A stretch of 63,157 nucleotides of DNA, the filler included, from Chiloscyllium plagiosum (lineage: Eukaryota): NCBI RefSeq assembly GCF_004010195.1. It is 5 parts of one record of this genome, joined end to end, with 100 filler letters (N's around TTAATTAATTAA, not from the genome) between each part and the next. Parts side by side here need not be neighbours in the genome. Positions count along the whole stretch, not along the records: positions 24,252 to 32,408 come from NC_057712.1; positions 32,509 to 45,431 come from NC_057712.1; 3 more parts are not named here. One strand, given 5' to 3'. A program made the position numbers and the translations under genes. Of the stretch, positions 25,286 to 40,604 are shown in pieces. How positions within the stretch are numbered: position 1 is the stretch's first letter; every line of letters begins with the position of its first letter. The notes beneath the pieces were generated by a model. The model did no database searches. It had not been told where the DNA came from and saw only the letters and a program-made list of their open reading frames with translations.

Positions 25286-26490
25286 GGATCAGTACTGACG
25301 GAGTGCCACACTGTCAGAGGGTCGGTACTGAGGGAGTGCAGCACTGTCACAGGGTCAGTGCTGAGGGAGTGCCGCACTGTCACAGGGTCAGTACTGAGGG
25401 AGTGTCACACTGTCAGAGGGTCGGTACTGAGGGAGTGTCACACTGTCAGAGGGTCGGTACTGAGGGAGTGCAGCACTGTCACAGGGTCAGTACTGAGGGA
25501 GTGTCACACTGTCAGAGGGTCGGTACTGAGGGAGTGCAGCACTGTCACAGGGTCAGTACTGAGGGAGTGTCACACTGTCACAGGGTCAGTACTGAGGGAG
25601 TGTCACACTGTCACAGGGTCAGTACTGAGGGAGTGCAGCACTGTCACAGGGTCAGTACTGAGGGAGTGCAGCACTGTCACAGGGTCAGTACTGAGGGAGT
25701 GCAGCACTGTCACAGGGTCAGTACTGAGGGAGTGCAGCACTGTCACAGGGTCAGTACTGAGGGAGTGCAGCACTGTCACAGGGTCAGTACTGAGGGAGTG
25801 CAGCACTGTCACAGTGTCAGTGCTGAGGGAGTGCAGCACTGTCACAGTGTCAGTGCTGAGGGAGTGCAGCACTGTCACAGTGTCAGTGCTGAGGGAGTGC
25901 AGCACTGTCACAGTGTCAGTGCTGAGGGAGTGCAGCACTGTCACAGTGTCAGTGCTGAGGGAGTGCAGCACTGTCACAGTGTCAGTGCTGAGGGAGTGCA
26001 GCACTGTCACAGTGTCAGTGCTGAGGGAGTGCAGCACTGTCACAGTGTCAGTGCTGAGGGAGTGCAGCACTGTCACAGTGTCAGTGCTGAGGGAGTGCAG
26101 CACTGTCACAGTGTCAGTGCTGAGGGAGTGCAGCACTGTCACAGTGTCAGTGCTGAGGGAGTGCAGCACTGTCACAGTGTCAGTGCTGAGGGAGTGCAGC
26201 ACTGTCACAGTGTCAGTGCTGAGGGAGTGCAGCACTGTCACAGTGTCAGTGCTGAGGGAGTGCAGCACTGTCACAGTGTCAGTGCTGAGGGAGTGCAGCA
26301 CTGTCACAGTGTCAGTGCCACACTGTCAGAGGGTCAGTACTGAGGGAGTGCCGCACTGTCAGAGGGTCAGTACTGAGGGAGTGCCGCACTGTCGGGGGGT
26401 CAGTGCTGACGGCGTGTCACACTGTCAGAGGGTCAGTGCTGACGGAATGCTGCACTGTCGGTGGGTCAGTGCTGACGGAGTGCCACACTC
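25286..26490. repeat. 33-bp tandem repeat (GAGGGAGTGCAGCACTGTCACAGTGTCAGTGCT)n
   Basis: About 36 units with a perfectly homogeneous centre; source of the 346-aa and 393-aa repetitive ORFs. Confidence 0.95.
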
Positions 26491-27439
26491 TTGGAAGTGT
26501 CTGGATGATCATTGTGAACGCAATGCCTATCTGCTCTGATATCTGAATTTAAATGATCACATGACACTATCTAAAGGTAAAGCGACAGCCTCCTGTGTCC
26601 TGCCCAGTTACCCTTTGGCCAACGTCAGGACAGCGGGTATCTGGGAGGGTATCCTGGGCAGGTATCCAGGAGTGTATCTGGGAGGGGTTGTGGTGTGGAA
26701 CTTGGTGCTCAGTTTCCTGGATTGCTGCAGTGCCACTTGATTGGATATGAAATGCTATGGGACTGTCTGAGATGGCAAAAGGCACCAAGAAAGCAAAGTC
26801 TTGCTTATATAGTTGCTGTACACTGCATAGAATTTGCTGCTTCTCAATTCTGACAGTGAGTGTCACATTCAGGTTGCACCAGCAATCCAGTTTCTTGTCG
26901 TGTACCATTAGCCAGGAGCGAAGACACAGTGAGAGTGAGCAGTGGTTTCACTACGATCCTGAATGTACTGAGAGATTACAGAGCTGCCTACCTCTCTGCT
27001 CACCACAGCCAGGTCCACAGGAGTCTGAACATCAGTCTGGCAGCTGCTTGTTCACTCCCTTACTCCTGACCTCACCTGGATGAGGCTGACAGAAAGGCAG
27101 CCCCGAGGTCTCAGCTTCTTCAGGGCAGGGTGAGGTCTGCTTCTCCTCTGCCTGCTCATTCTGCCTTGTCTTTTGATGGAGCTGCTCTCTCCAGTACAAG
27201 TCACAGTGGTGCGTCAGTGTGCAGAACAGAGAAAGCAGCCGACCTTGTATCAGGAGGGGTCTCCATGTCCATCAGTGCTCTCTGTATCTCCATGCTGACA
27301 CGCTGATGACCAAGACTCTGTGCCACGTCACCTCAGTGTGCTGGAGCTATCAGAGTACAGTAAGTCAGATTGTTAGCAGTGTGCCCATCACATGAAGGTC
27401 TTGTGGCGCAATAGTAGAGTCCCTGCATCTACGACAGAA

Positions 27440-27632
27440 GAGTCAAAAAGTGCAGTGCTGGAAAAGCACAGCTGGTCAGGTAGCATCCGAGGAGCAGGAG
27501 AGTGGACGTTTCAGGCCTAAGGCCATGATCAGAGTCACTGCTCTCCTGCTCCTCAGACGCTGCCTGACCGGCTGTGGTGCTCCATGCATCTCGACTCTGA
27601 CTCTGCAGCATCTACAGGTTTCACTGTCTCTC
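27440..27632. mobile_element. Diverged fold-back Penelope-like derivative
   Basis: Inverted arms of the same family as 4367-4552; degenerate TSD TCTACGACAGAAG / TCTGAGACAGGAG. Confidence 0.65.
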
Positions 27633-28160
27633 TGAGACAGGAGGCCACTCGTCAAATCTCAACTGCTACTGATCTTCGTCAGAACACCTCGGAAGGGTGA
27701 ATTCGAAAATAAAACCGATCAATAAACCATATTACCAGTTCCCCTCGCACACCCGATCAACTGAATTCCCTGGTTTTGTCAGAGCAACATCATAAATGGT
27801 GAGCAACTCATCACCCATCTCTATCTCTCCCTCACTCCCCCCTCTCTCTCCCCCCATCCCAGTCTCTCACTCTCTCTGTTTCTGTCTCTATGTTTGTCTT
27901 GGTGTCGATGACTCCTTTGTTCTCTCTGTATCTCCCTCTGTGTTTTTATCATACCTTCTATCACCACTCTTTATCTCCACTCTTCCTCCATCTCTTTCCC
28001 TTTACCCATTTCATCCGTGCCCTTCTATCTCTCTCTTTCCCCTTGTACGTCCATCTGTCTCTCTCTCTATCCCCCTTTCTGTGGTGCAGAGGTAGGGAAG
28101 AGGGGGTGCTGTAATTGTAGCAATGTTGGGTGCCGGATGGATTGCGTGTACTGTGCTTAC

Positions 28161-28187
28161 CTTATCACTCGCTGAAACCTCCCAATT
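28161..28187 (-). CDS. Putative 27-nt microexon of an unidentified gene
   Basis: TGCTTTATTTCAG|AATTGGGAGGTTTCAGCGAGTGATAAG|GTAAGC: strong acceptor and donor with a frame-preserving length. Confidence 0.45.
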
Positions 28188-28290
28188 CTGAAATAAAGCA
28201 TATCCTGATGGGTGAGCCCGGACTCATCGCCTCATTACTGGTTCCATTCATGTTTCTCAACAATCCACAATTCAGTACACCTTCATTTAT

Positions 28291-31200
28291 AGAGAGACTG
28301 ACAGAGGGACTGGGGTCAGAGAGAGAGAGACACTGACAGAGGGACTGGGGTTAGCGAGAGAGAGACTGACAGAGACTGGGGTCAGAGAGAGAAAGAGACT
28401 GACAGGGACTGGGGTCAGAGAGAGAGAGACACTGACAGAGGGACTGGGGTCAGAGAGAGAGAGATCGACAGGGACTGGGGTCAGAGAGAGACACTGACAG
28501 AGGGACTGGGGTTAGCGAGAGAGAGAGTGACAGAGACTGGGGTCAGAGAGAGAGAGAGACTGACAGGGACTGGGGTCAGAGAGAGAGAGAGACACACTGA
28601 CGGAGGGACTGGGATCAGAGAAAGAGACACTGACAGAGGGACTGGGATCAGAGAGAGAGAGACACTGAAGAGGGACTGGGGTCAGAGAGAGAGAGCGATC
28701 GACAGGGACTGGGGTCAGAGAGAGAGAGAGACACTGACAGAGGGACTGGGGTTAGCGAGAGAGAGACTCACAGAGACTGGGGTCAGAGAGAGAGAGAGAC
28801 TGACAGGGACTGGGGTCAGAGAGAGAGAGAGACACACAGACTGACAGGGACTGGGGTCAGAAAGAGAGAGAGAGAGAGAGAGACAGACAGACTGACAGGG
28901 GTCAGAGAGAGAGAGCGAGACACTGACAGACTGACCGGGACTGGGGTCAGAGAGAGGGAGACACTGACAGAGGGACGGGGGTCAGAGAGAGAGACTGACA
29001 GAGGAACTGGGGTCCGAGAGAGAGAGAGACACTGACAAAGGGACGGGGGTCAGAGAGAGAGAGCCTGAGAGAGGGACTGGGGTCAGAGAGAGAGAGCCTG
29101 AGAGAGGAACTGGGTTCCGAGAGAGAGAGAGAGAGACACTGACAAAGGGACGGGGGTCAGAGAGAGAGAGCCTGAGAGAGGGACGGGGGTCAGAGAGAGA
29201 GAGTGACAGAGGAACTCTTGAGAGAGACTGACAGGGACTGGGGTCAGAGAGAGAGAGAGACTGATGGACTGGGGTCAGAGAGAGAGAGAGAGAGACACAG
29301 ACTGTCAGAGGGACTGGGGTCAGAGAGAGAGAGAGAGCGTGAAAGACCTTTAAAAGAGGGACTGGGGTCAGAAAGAGAGAGAGAGACTGTCAGAGGGACT
29401 GACAGAGGGACTGGGGTCAGATAGAGAGAGAGAGACAGACAGACAGACAGACTGTCAGAGGGACTGGGGTCAGAGAGAGAGAGAGAGAGAGACTGACAGA
29501 GGGACTGGGGTCAGAGAGAGAGAGAGAGAGCGAGAAAGAGATTGACAGAGGGACTGGGGTCAGAAAGAGAGGGCCTGACAGAGGGACTGGGGTCAGAAAG
29601 AGAGGGCCTGACAGAGGGACTGGGGTCAGAAAGAGAGAGATTGACAGAGGGACTGAGGTCAGAGAGAGAGGGAGAGAGACTGTCAGAAGGACTGGGGTCA
29701 GAGAAAGAGAGAAATTGACAGAGGGACTGGGGGCAGCGAGAGAGAGAGACTTAAAGAGGGACTGGGGTCAGAGAGATGAGACTGACAGAGGGACTGGGGT
29801 CAGAGAGAGATGAGACTGACAGAGGGACTGGGGTCAGAGAGAGAGATGAGACTGATAGAGGGACTGGGGTCAGAGAGAGATGAGACTGATAGAGGGACTA
29901 GGGTCAGAGAGAGAGAGAGACTGAGAGGGACTGGAGTCAGAGAGAGAGAGACTGACAGAGTGACTGGGGTCAGAGAGAGAGACTGGCAGAGGGACAGGGG
30001 TCAGAGAGAGAGAGACTGTCAGAGGGACGGGTCAGAAAGAGAGAGAGGCACTGACAGAGGGACTGGNNNNNNNNNNNNNNNNNNNNNNNNNNNNNNNNNN
30101 NNNNNNNNNNNNNNNNNNNNNNNNNNNNNNNNNNNNNNNNNNNNNNNNNNNNNNNNNNNNNNNNNNNNNNNNNNNNNNNNNNNNNNNNNNNNNNNNNNNN
30201 NNNNNNNNNNNNNNNNNNNNNNNNNNNNNNNNNNNNNNNNNNNNNNNNNNNNNNNNNNNNNNNNNNNNNNNNNNNNNNNNNNNNNNNNNNNNNNNNNNNN
30301 NNNNNNNNNNNNNNNNNNNNNNNNNNNNNNNNNNNNNNNNNNNNNNNNNNNNNNNNNNNNNNNNNNNNNNNNGGGTCAGAGAGAGAGAGAGACAGACAGA
30401 CTGTCAGAAGGACTGGGGTCAGAAAGAGAGAGCCTGACAGGGACTGGGGTCAGAGAGAGATGAGACTGACAGAGGGACAGGGGTCAGAGTGAGATGAGAC
30501 TGACAGAGGGACTGGGGTCAGAAGGAGAGAGATTGACAGAGGCACTGGGGTCAGAAAGAGAGGGACAGGGACTGACAGAGGGACTAGGGTCAGGGAAAGA
30601 GAGAAACTGACAGAGGGGCTGGGGGCAGAGAGAGATGAGACTGATAGAGGGACTGGGGTCAGAGAGAGATGAGACTGATAGAGGGACTGGGGTCAGAGAG
30701 AGAGACTGACAGAGGTACAGGGGTCAGAGAGCGAGGGACTGGGGTCAGAGAGAGAGACTGGCAGAGGGACTGGGGTCAGAGAGAGAGAGACTGACAGAGG
30801 GACTGTGGTCAGAGAGAGAGACTGACAGAGGGAGTGGGGTCAGAGAGAGAGAGACTGACAGAGGGACTGGGGTCAGAGAGAGAGACTGACAGAGGGAGTG
30901 GGGTCAGAGAGAGCGAGAGAGAGACTGACAGAGGGACTGGGGTCTGAGAGAGAGAGACAGACTGACTGTCAGAGGGACTGGGGTCAGAGAGAGAGAGACA
31001 GACTGACAGAGGGACTGGGGTCAGAGAGAGAGAGACTGTCAGAGGGACTGGGGTCAGAGACAGAGAGAGAGAGAGAGACGGACAGAGGGACTGGGGTCAG
31101 AGAGAGATGAGACTGACAGAGGGACTGGGGTCAGAGTGAGATGAGACTGACAGAGGGACTGGGGTCAGAGAGAGAGACTGACAGAGGGAGTGGGGTCAGA

Positions 31201-34200
31201 GAGAGNNNNNNNNNNNNNNNNNNNNNNNNNNNNNNNNNNNNNNNNNNNNNNNNNNNNNNNNNNNNNNNNNNNNNNNNNNNNNNNNNNNNNNNNNNNNNNN
31301 NNNNNNNNNNNNNNNNNNNNNNNNNNNNNNNNNNNNNNNNNNNNNNNNNNNNNNNNNNNNNNNNNNNNNNNNNNNNNNNNNNNNNNNNNNNNNNNNNNNN
31401 NNNNNNNNNNNNNNNNNNNNNNNNNNNNNNNNNNNNNNNNNNNNNNNNNNNNNNNNNNNNNNNNNNNNNNNNNNNNNNNNNNNNNNNNNNNNNNNAGGGA
31501 CTGGGGTCAGAGAGAGATGAGACTGACAGAGGGACAGGGGTCAGAGTGAGATGAGACTGACAGAGGGACTGGGGTCAGAAGGAGAGAGATTGACAGAGGC
31601 ACTGGGGTCAGAAAGAGAGGGACAGGGACTGACAGAGGGACTAAGGTCAGGGAAAGAGAGAAACTGACAGAGGGGCTGGGGGCTGAGAGAGATGAGACTG
31701 ATAGAGGGACTGGGGTCAGAGAGAGAGAGAGACTGAGAGGTACTGGAGTCAGAGAGAGAGAGACTGACAGAGTGACTGGGGTCAGAGAGAGAGACTGACA
31801 GAGGGACAGGGGTCAGAGAGAGAGACTGGCAGAGGGACAGGGGTCAGAGAGAGAGAGACTGTCAGAAGGACGGGTCAGAAAGAGAGAGAGGCACTGACAG
31901 AGGGACTGGAGTCAGAGAGAGAGAGTGAGACAGAGTGTCAGAGGGACCGGGGTCAGAGAGAGAGAAAGAGAGAGAGACTGTCAGAGGGACTGGGGTCAGA
32001 GAGAGCGAGAGAGAGACTGACAGAGGGACTGGGGTCAGAGCGAGAGAGAGAGAGACAGACTGTCAGAGGGACTGGGATCAGAGAGAGAAAGATAGACTGT
32101 CAAAGGGACTGGGGTCAGAGAGAGAGAGAGACAGACAGACTGTCAGAAGGACTGGGGTCAGAAAGAGAGAGCCTGACAGGGACTGGGGTCAGAGAGAGAT
32201 GAGACTGACAGAGGGACAGGGGTCAGAGTGAGATGAGACTGACAGAGGGACTGGGGTCAGAAGGAGAGAGATTGACAGAGGCACTGGGGTCAGAAAGAGA
32301 GGGACAGGGACTGACAGAGGGACTAAGGTCAGGGAAAGAGAGAAACTGACAGAGGGGCTGGGGGCTGAGAGAGATGAGACTGATAGAGGGACTGGGGTCA
32401 GAGAGAGANNNNNNNNNNNNNNNNNNNNNNNNNNNNNNNNNNNNNNNNNNNNTTAATTAATTAANNNNNNNNNNNNNNNNNNNNNNNNNNNNNNNNNNNN
32501 NNNNNNNNGAGAGAGAGAGAGACAGACTGTCAGAGGGACTGGGGTCAGAGAGAGACAGACTGTCAGAGGGACTGGGGTCAGAGAGAGAGAGACTGGGGTT
32601 AGAGAGAGCGAGAGAGAGACTAACAGAGGGACTGGGGTCAGAAAGAGAGAGAGACACTGACCAAGGGACTGGGGTCAGAGAAAGTGAGACAGACTGTCAG
32701 AGGGACTGGGGTCAGAGAGAGAGAGAGTGAGACAGACTGTCAGAGGGACTGGGGTCAGAGCGAGAGAGAGACAGAATAACAGAGGGACTGGGGTCAGAGA
32801 GCGAGAGAGACTGACAGAGGGACTGGGGGTCAGAGAGAGATGAGACTGACAGAGGGACTGGGGTCAGAGAGAGAGAGAGACTGACAGAGGGATTGGGGTC
32901 AGAGAGAGCGAGAGAGAGACTGTCAGAGGAACTGAGGTCAGAGAGAGAGAGAGACAAGACTGTCAGAGGGACTGGGGTCAGAGAGAGAGAGACTGACAGA
33001 GGGACTAGGGTCAGAGAGAGAGTGAGAGACTGTCAGAGGGACTGGGGTCAGAGAGACAGAGACTGACAGTGGGACTTGGGTCAGAAAGAGAGAGACTGAC
33101 AGAGGGACTGGGGTCAGAGAGAGAGAGACTGACAGAGGGACTGGGGTCAGACATAGATGAGACTGACAGAGGGACTGGGGTCAGAGAGAGAGAGACACTG
33201 ACAGAGGGACTGGGGTCAGAGAGAGAGAGACTGACAGAGGGACTGGGGTCAGAAAGAGAGAGATTGACAGAGGACTGTGGTCAGAGAGAGACAGACTGAC
33301 AAGGGATTAAGGTCAGAGTGAGATGAGACTGACAGAGGGACTGGGGTCAGAGAGAGAGGGAGAGAGACGGTCAGAGAGAGACAGAGGGACTGTGGTCAGA
33401 GAAAGAGAGAAACTGACAGAGGGACTGGGGGCAGCGAGAGAGAGACACTTACAGAGGGACTGGGGTTAGAGAGAGATGAGACTGACAGAGGTACTGGGGT
33501 CAGAGAGAGAGACTGAGAGGGACTGGGGTCAGAGAGAGAGAGACTGACAGAGGGACTGGGGTCAGAGAGAGAGAGAGACTGACAGAGGGATTGGGGTCAG
33601 AGAGAGCGAGAGAGAGACTGTCAGAGGAACTGAGGTCAGAGAGAGAGAGAGACAAGACTGTCAGAGGGACTGGGGTCAGAGAGAGAGAGAGAGAGACTGA
33701 CAGAGGGACAGGGGTCAGAGAGAGACTGACAGAGGGACTGGGATCAAAGAGAGCGAGAGAGAGAGACTGACAGAGGGACTGGGACCAGAGAGAGACAGAC
33801 TGACAGAGGGACTGGGGTCACCGAGAGAGAGAGAGACTGACAGTGGGACTGTGGTCAGAGAGAGAGAGAGACTGACAGCAACTGGGGTCAGAGAGAGACA
33901 GAGACTGACAGAGGGACTGGGGTCAGAGAGAGAGAGAGAGAGAGTGACAGCGACTGGGGTCAGAGAGAGAGAGCCTGACAGAGGGACTGGGGTCAGAGAG
34001 AGAGAGAGAGAGACTGACAGTAGGATGGGGTCAGAGAGAGAGAGAGGGAGACTGACAGCAACTGGGGTCAGAGAGAGACAGAGACTGACAGAGGGACTGG
34101 GGTCGGAGAGAGAGAGACTGACAGATGGACTGGGATCAGAGAGAGAGTGAGAGTGACAGCGACTGGGGTTAGAGAGAGAGACTGACAGAGGGACTGGGGT

Positions 34201-34520
34201 CAGAGAGAGAGAGAGACTGACAGCGACTGGGGTCAGAGAGAGAGACTGACAGAGGGTCTGTGGTCAGAGAGACTGACAGTGGGACTGGGTTGAGAGAGAG
34301 ACAGAGACTGACAGAAGGACTGCGGTCAGAGAGAGAGACTGACAGAGGGACTGGGGTCAGAGAGAGAGAGAGACTGACAGAAGGACTGCGGTCAGAGAGA
34401 GAGACTGACAGAAGGACTGCGGTCAGAGAGAGAGACTGACCGAGGGACTGGGGTCAGAGAGAGAGAGACTGACAGAGGGTCTGGGGTCAGAGAGAGAGAC
34501 TGACAGAGGGATTGGGGTTA
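28291..34520. repeat. GA-rich compound minisatellite (GACTGACAGAGGGACTGGGGTCAGA(GA)n)m, with gaps
   Basis: Directly visible over about 6 kb with variable (GA)n spacers. Confidence 0.95.
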
Positions 34521-34556
34521 GATGGAGAGCTGAGGTCAGCTCTAACGGACTGGTAA

Positions 34557-37632
<3,076 letters not shown>

Positions 37633-37963
37633 GCTAGACAGATGAAATCGGGAAAGAATATGCTCACTCGTGAGGTAATCAAGATCAAGAGGACACAGAT
37701 TTAAAGCGATTACTTAAGGAAGTGAAAGTGGTTAGAGGTGAAGGCCTGCTCAATGGGAACGGTCTGCACTGTCCGAGAATGTGTCAGAAACAACTTAAAT
37801 TCATGTCCTCAACAAAGGAGAGGATTAGTAGAAAATCAAGGAACTGCAAAGTCCCAACAAGAAGACAGAAACTGGCACTCAGACGAGATGCTCATTTGGA
37901 CAGCTAGTGCAGACTGGAGGGGTGGAATGGCCACCTATATTATATCATTACATACATTATAGT

Positions 37964-38138
37964 GGGGGCAACACAGTGGCTCAGTGGTTAGCACTGCTAC
38001 CTCACAACGCCAGGAACCTGGGTTCAATTCCCAACTCGAGCGACTGTCGGTGTGGAGTTTACACATTCTCCCCGTGTCTGCGTGGGTTTCCTCCGGGTGC
38101 TCCGGTTTCCTCCCACAGTCCAAAGATGTGCAGGTCAG
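37964..38138 (+). mobile_element. HE1-type SINE (3'-truncated)
   Basis: GTGGCTCAGTGGTTAGCACTGC (A box), GGTTCAATTCC (B box) and HE1 core. Confidence 0.88.
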
Positions 38139-38149
38139 GAAGGAAGAAA

Positions 38150-39530
38150 GCCTGAAACTGACAGGCTAGTCAGGTGGCCTAAACATCTGACGAATAGAAT
38201 TTAATCCGGAAAAGTGCGAGGTGTTGCCTTTTGGGAGGACTAACGAATCAAGGAAATACACAATGAATGGTAGGACTATAGGAAGTACAGAAGATCAGAG
38301 GAACCTTGGTGTATATGTCCATAGATGCTTGAAGGCAGTGGAATGCAAGATCAGGGAGGTTATAATGAAGCTGTAGTGAATGTTAGTCCACTATGGAAGG
38401 ACTGCATGCAGTTCTGGTCTCCACTATAGGAGGGATGTGATTGCATTTGCACAGTAGATTCACCTGAATATTGCCTAGTCTGTATTTAAGACAGAGGTGG
38501 ACAGTGTTGTAAACGTCTGTGAAACTTCCTATCAGCTTTCTCTTCTCTAATATAAATGCTCCCAAATTTGTCAATCTCTTTTCACCACTGAAGTTCCTCA
38601 TCCCCGAACCCATTCTTGTAAAGCTTTTTCTGCACACTCTCTCTCTCTCTCTCTCTCTCCCCAGTACATTCACATCTTTCCAATAAAGTGATGTCTACAA
38701 CTGGGCACAGTATCGCAGCTGAGGGCTCACAGACAAGTTCAACATCTGAAGTTCTGAGGAAGGGTGACTGGAGCTGAAAGATTAATGATGCTGCTGAGCT
38801 CTTCCAGCAGTTTCTTTTTGTTTGTTTCAGTTCCCAGCATCCACAGTTCATTTGGGTTGTTTTTGTCTCGTGTTCAACATCACCCTCTTGCTCTTGTACT
38901 CTCTGACCCTATCCATAAGGACCAAGGACACTGCGGGCTCTCTCCACCTGTTCTTTACTGATCTATACACACACCACACTCGCTGCTCCTGCAACCCCCC
39001 CCCCCCCCACACTTCGTCACACTTGAACCTCATCTCCCGTCCATCCCCTAACCCTCCAGCCTTTCAGAGTTTGTCATGATCCTGCTGACAGCTTCCAAGT
39101 GTAGTGTCATCCAAGTGTAGGCTCGGGTTGTTTTCCATAGAACAATAGAAAGCTGGAGGGGGCGGTGGGGATCTGATTGAGGTATCCAACATTCTGACGA
39201 GTATAGACAGGGTATTCAGGAGGAAACCTCCCCTTAACAGAGAGATCAATATCTCACAGGTACAGTTTTAAAGTAAGGGGCACGAGGGATAGACGGGATT
39301 TGAGGAAACTGTTTTTTCACCCAGAGAGTGGTGGGGGGTGTTAGTCACTGCTTGTAAGGGTGATAAAGGCAGGAACTCCAAACCATTTAAGAGGTATTTC
39401 GACGGACAGTTGAAATGCCAGTGTGTGTGAAAGTATGGGCCAAGTGCTGGGAAATGGGATTAGACAAGATGGAAGTTTGACATCAGACCATGATCAGCAG
39501 AACGGTTTGCTTAAAAACTCAATAACTCTC
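38150..39530. mobile_element. Patchwork of old CR1 fragments on both strands
   Basis: EFNPEKCEVL-type RT end at ~38200, a minus-strand fragment at 38520-38745, and a 3' end at 39150-39530. Confidence 0.6.
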
Positions 39531-40499
39531 TGCCCTCGAATGTTGAAATGGTGTTCTGTAAACCAGACTCTCCGTGGTTTATGTGTGTCAAGAGGAGTAG
39601 GAGAGCTAACACAGACCCACAGGTAACTCCACCAAAAACCCGAAAAACCTGCACTGCCAATCACTCTCTGTTCCCTGACACTTGGCCAATTCCAGATCCA
39701 TATTATCATTGCCCCTTTTATCATAGTGACCTACAGGAGATCCCTGCACACCACCACATCAACAGTGTGACCATGTCCCCCCACACCGGGGAAATGGGCT
39801 GGGAATCAAGTCCCACAGTCATCACAAGAGTGAAAGACTGTATAAAGTACCCAGAATTTCCCAGCTGACCAGATTGTCATGGAGATGCAATGCACAGACC
39901 AGATTTCTGGATTAAACAAGAATTTCTATTTATTACAAGAAATAAATTCTAGCCACAGGTAAATAATGATAAACACATCAATCTGCTCATTAAAATTCAC
40001 ATCCCCATGTAGACGATCCCTCCCACCACCATCCCCCCCCCCACACCCGGCACAAACACTCCCAACCACAACCCCCACACACGCTTNNNNNNNNNNNNNN
40101 NNNNNNNNNNNCACACACACACAGACCCACACACACAGCCCCACACACACACAGACCCACACACACACAGACCCACACACACAGCCCCACACTCATGCAC
40201 ACTCACACCCCACCCCCAGAGACAGGCCCAGTGAGCCAGGAATCTAAAGCCCTCCCTCCTGCACCACCATCCCAACTGCACAGTCATCCACCTCATCCCC
40301 CTCTGTGAGTATTCACTAGTGATCGACTCTGGGAGGAATCCGAGATTGGTACTCTTAAGCTCCCGTTTGCTCTATTCCGACTACGTTCCTGAAATGCAGA
40401 TTGCACGAGCACACCCTTTTGCATGGCGTATGTTGTTGGTCCCACTGTGGGCCTTCTCTCCCTGAGAAAGACAGTGACTTCACATTCTCTTTCTTTCAG

Positions 40500-40557
40500 C
40501 ATGAAACGAGCATCCTCTCTGAATTACCTCAACCGAACCAGCGAAGAATCGTTCCAG
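40500..40557 (+). CDS. KLC4: KLC4-like penultimate coding exon
   Basis: TTCTCTTTCTTTCAG|C ATG AAA CGA...CAG|GTAAAG; encodes (S)MKRASSLNYLNRTSEESFQ, phase-compatible with both flanking exons. Confidence 0.88.
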
Positions 40558-40604
40558 GTAAAGGCAGGGGAGAGTTCTGGTCCAGTACAGGAAACAACAG
40601 AGCA

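Noticed and set aside
25303..26539. 346-aa and 393-aa Cys/His-rich repeat ORFs
   Set aside because: The 33-bp unit is a multiple of three and stop-free in several frames on both strands; there is no gene context.
37964..38040. tRNA-like A/B boxes (also 59031-59100)
   Set aside because: Heads of HE1 SINEs followed by the SINE core; not tRNA genes.
38757..38790. Hammerhead-like CTGAGGAAGGGTGACTGGAGCTGAAAG
   Set aside because: Stem II and the cleavage region are degenerate; at most a dead relic of another Penelope-like family.
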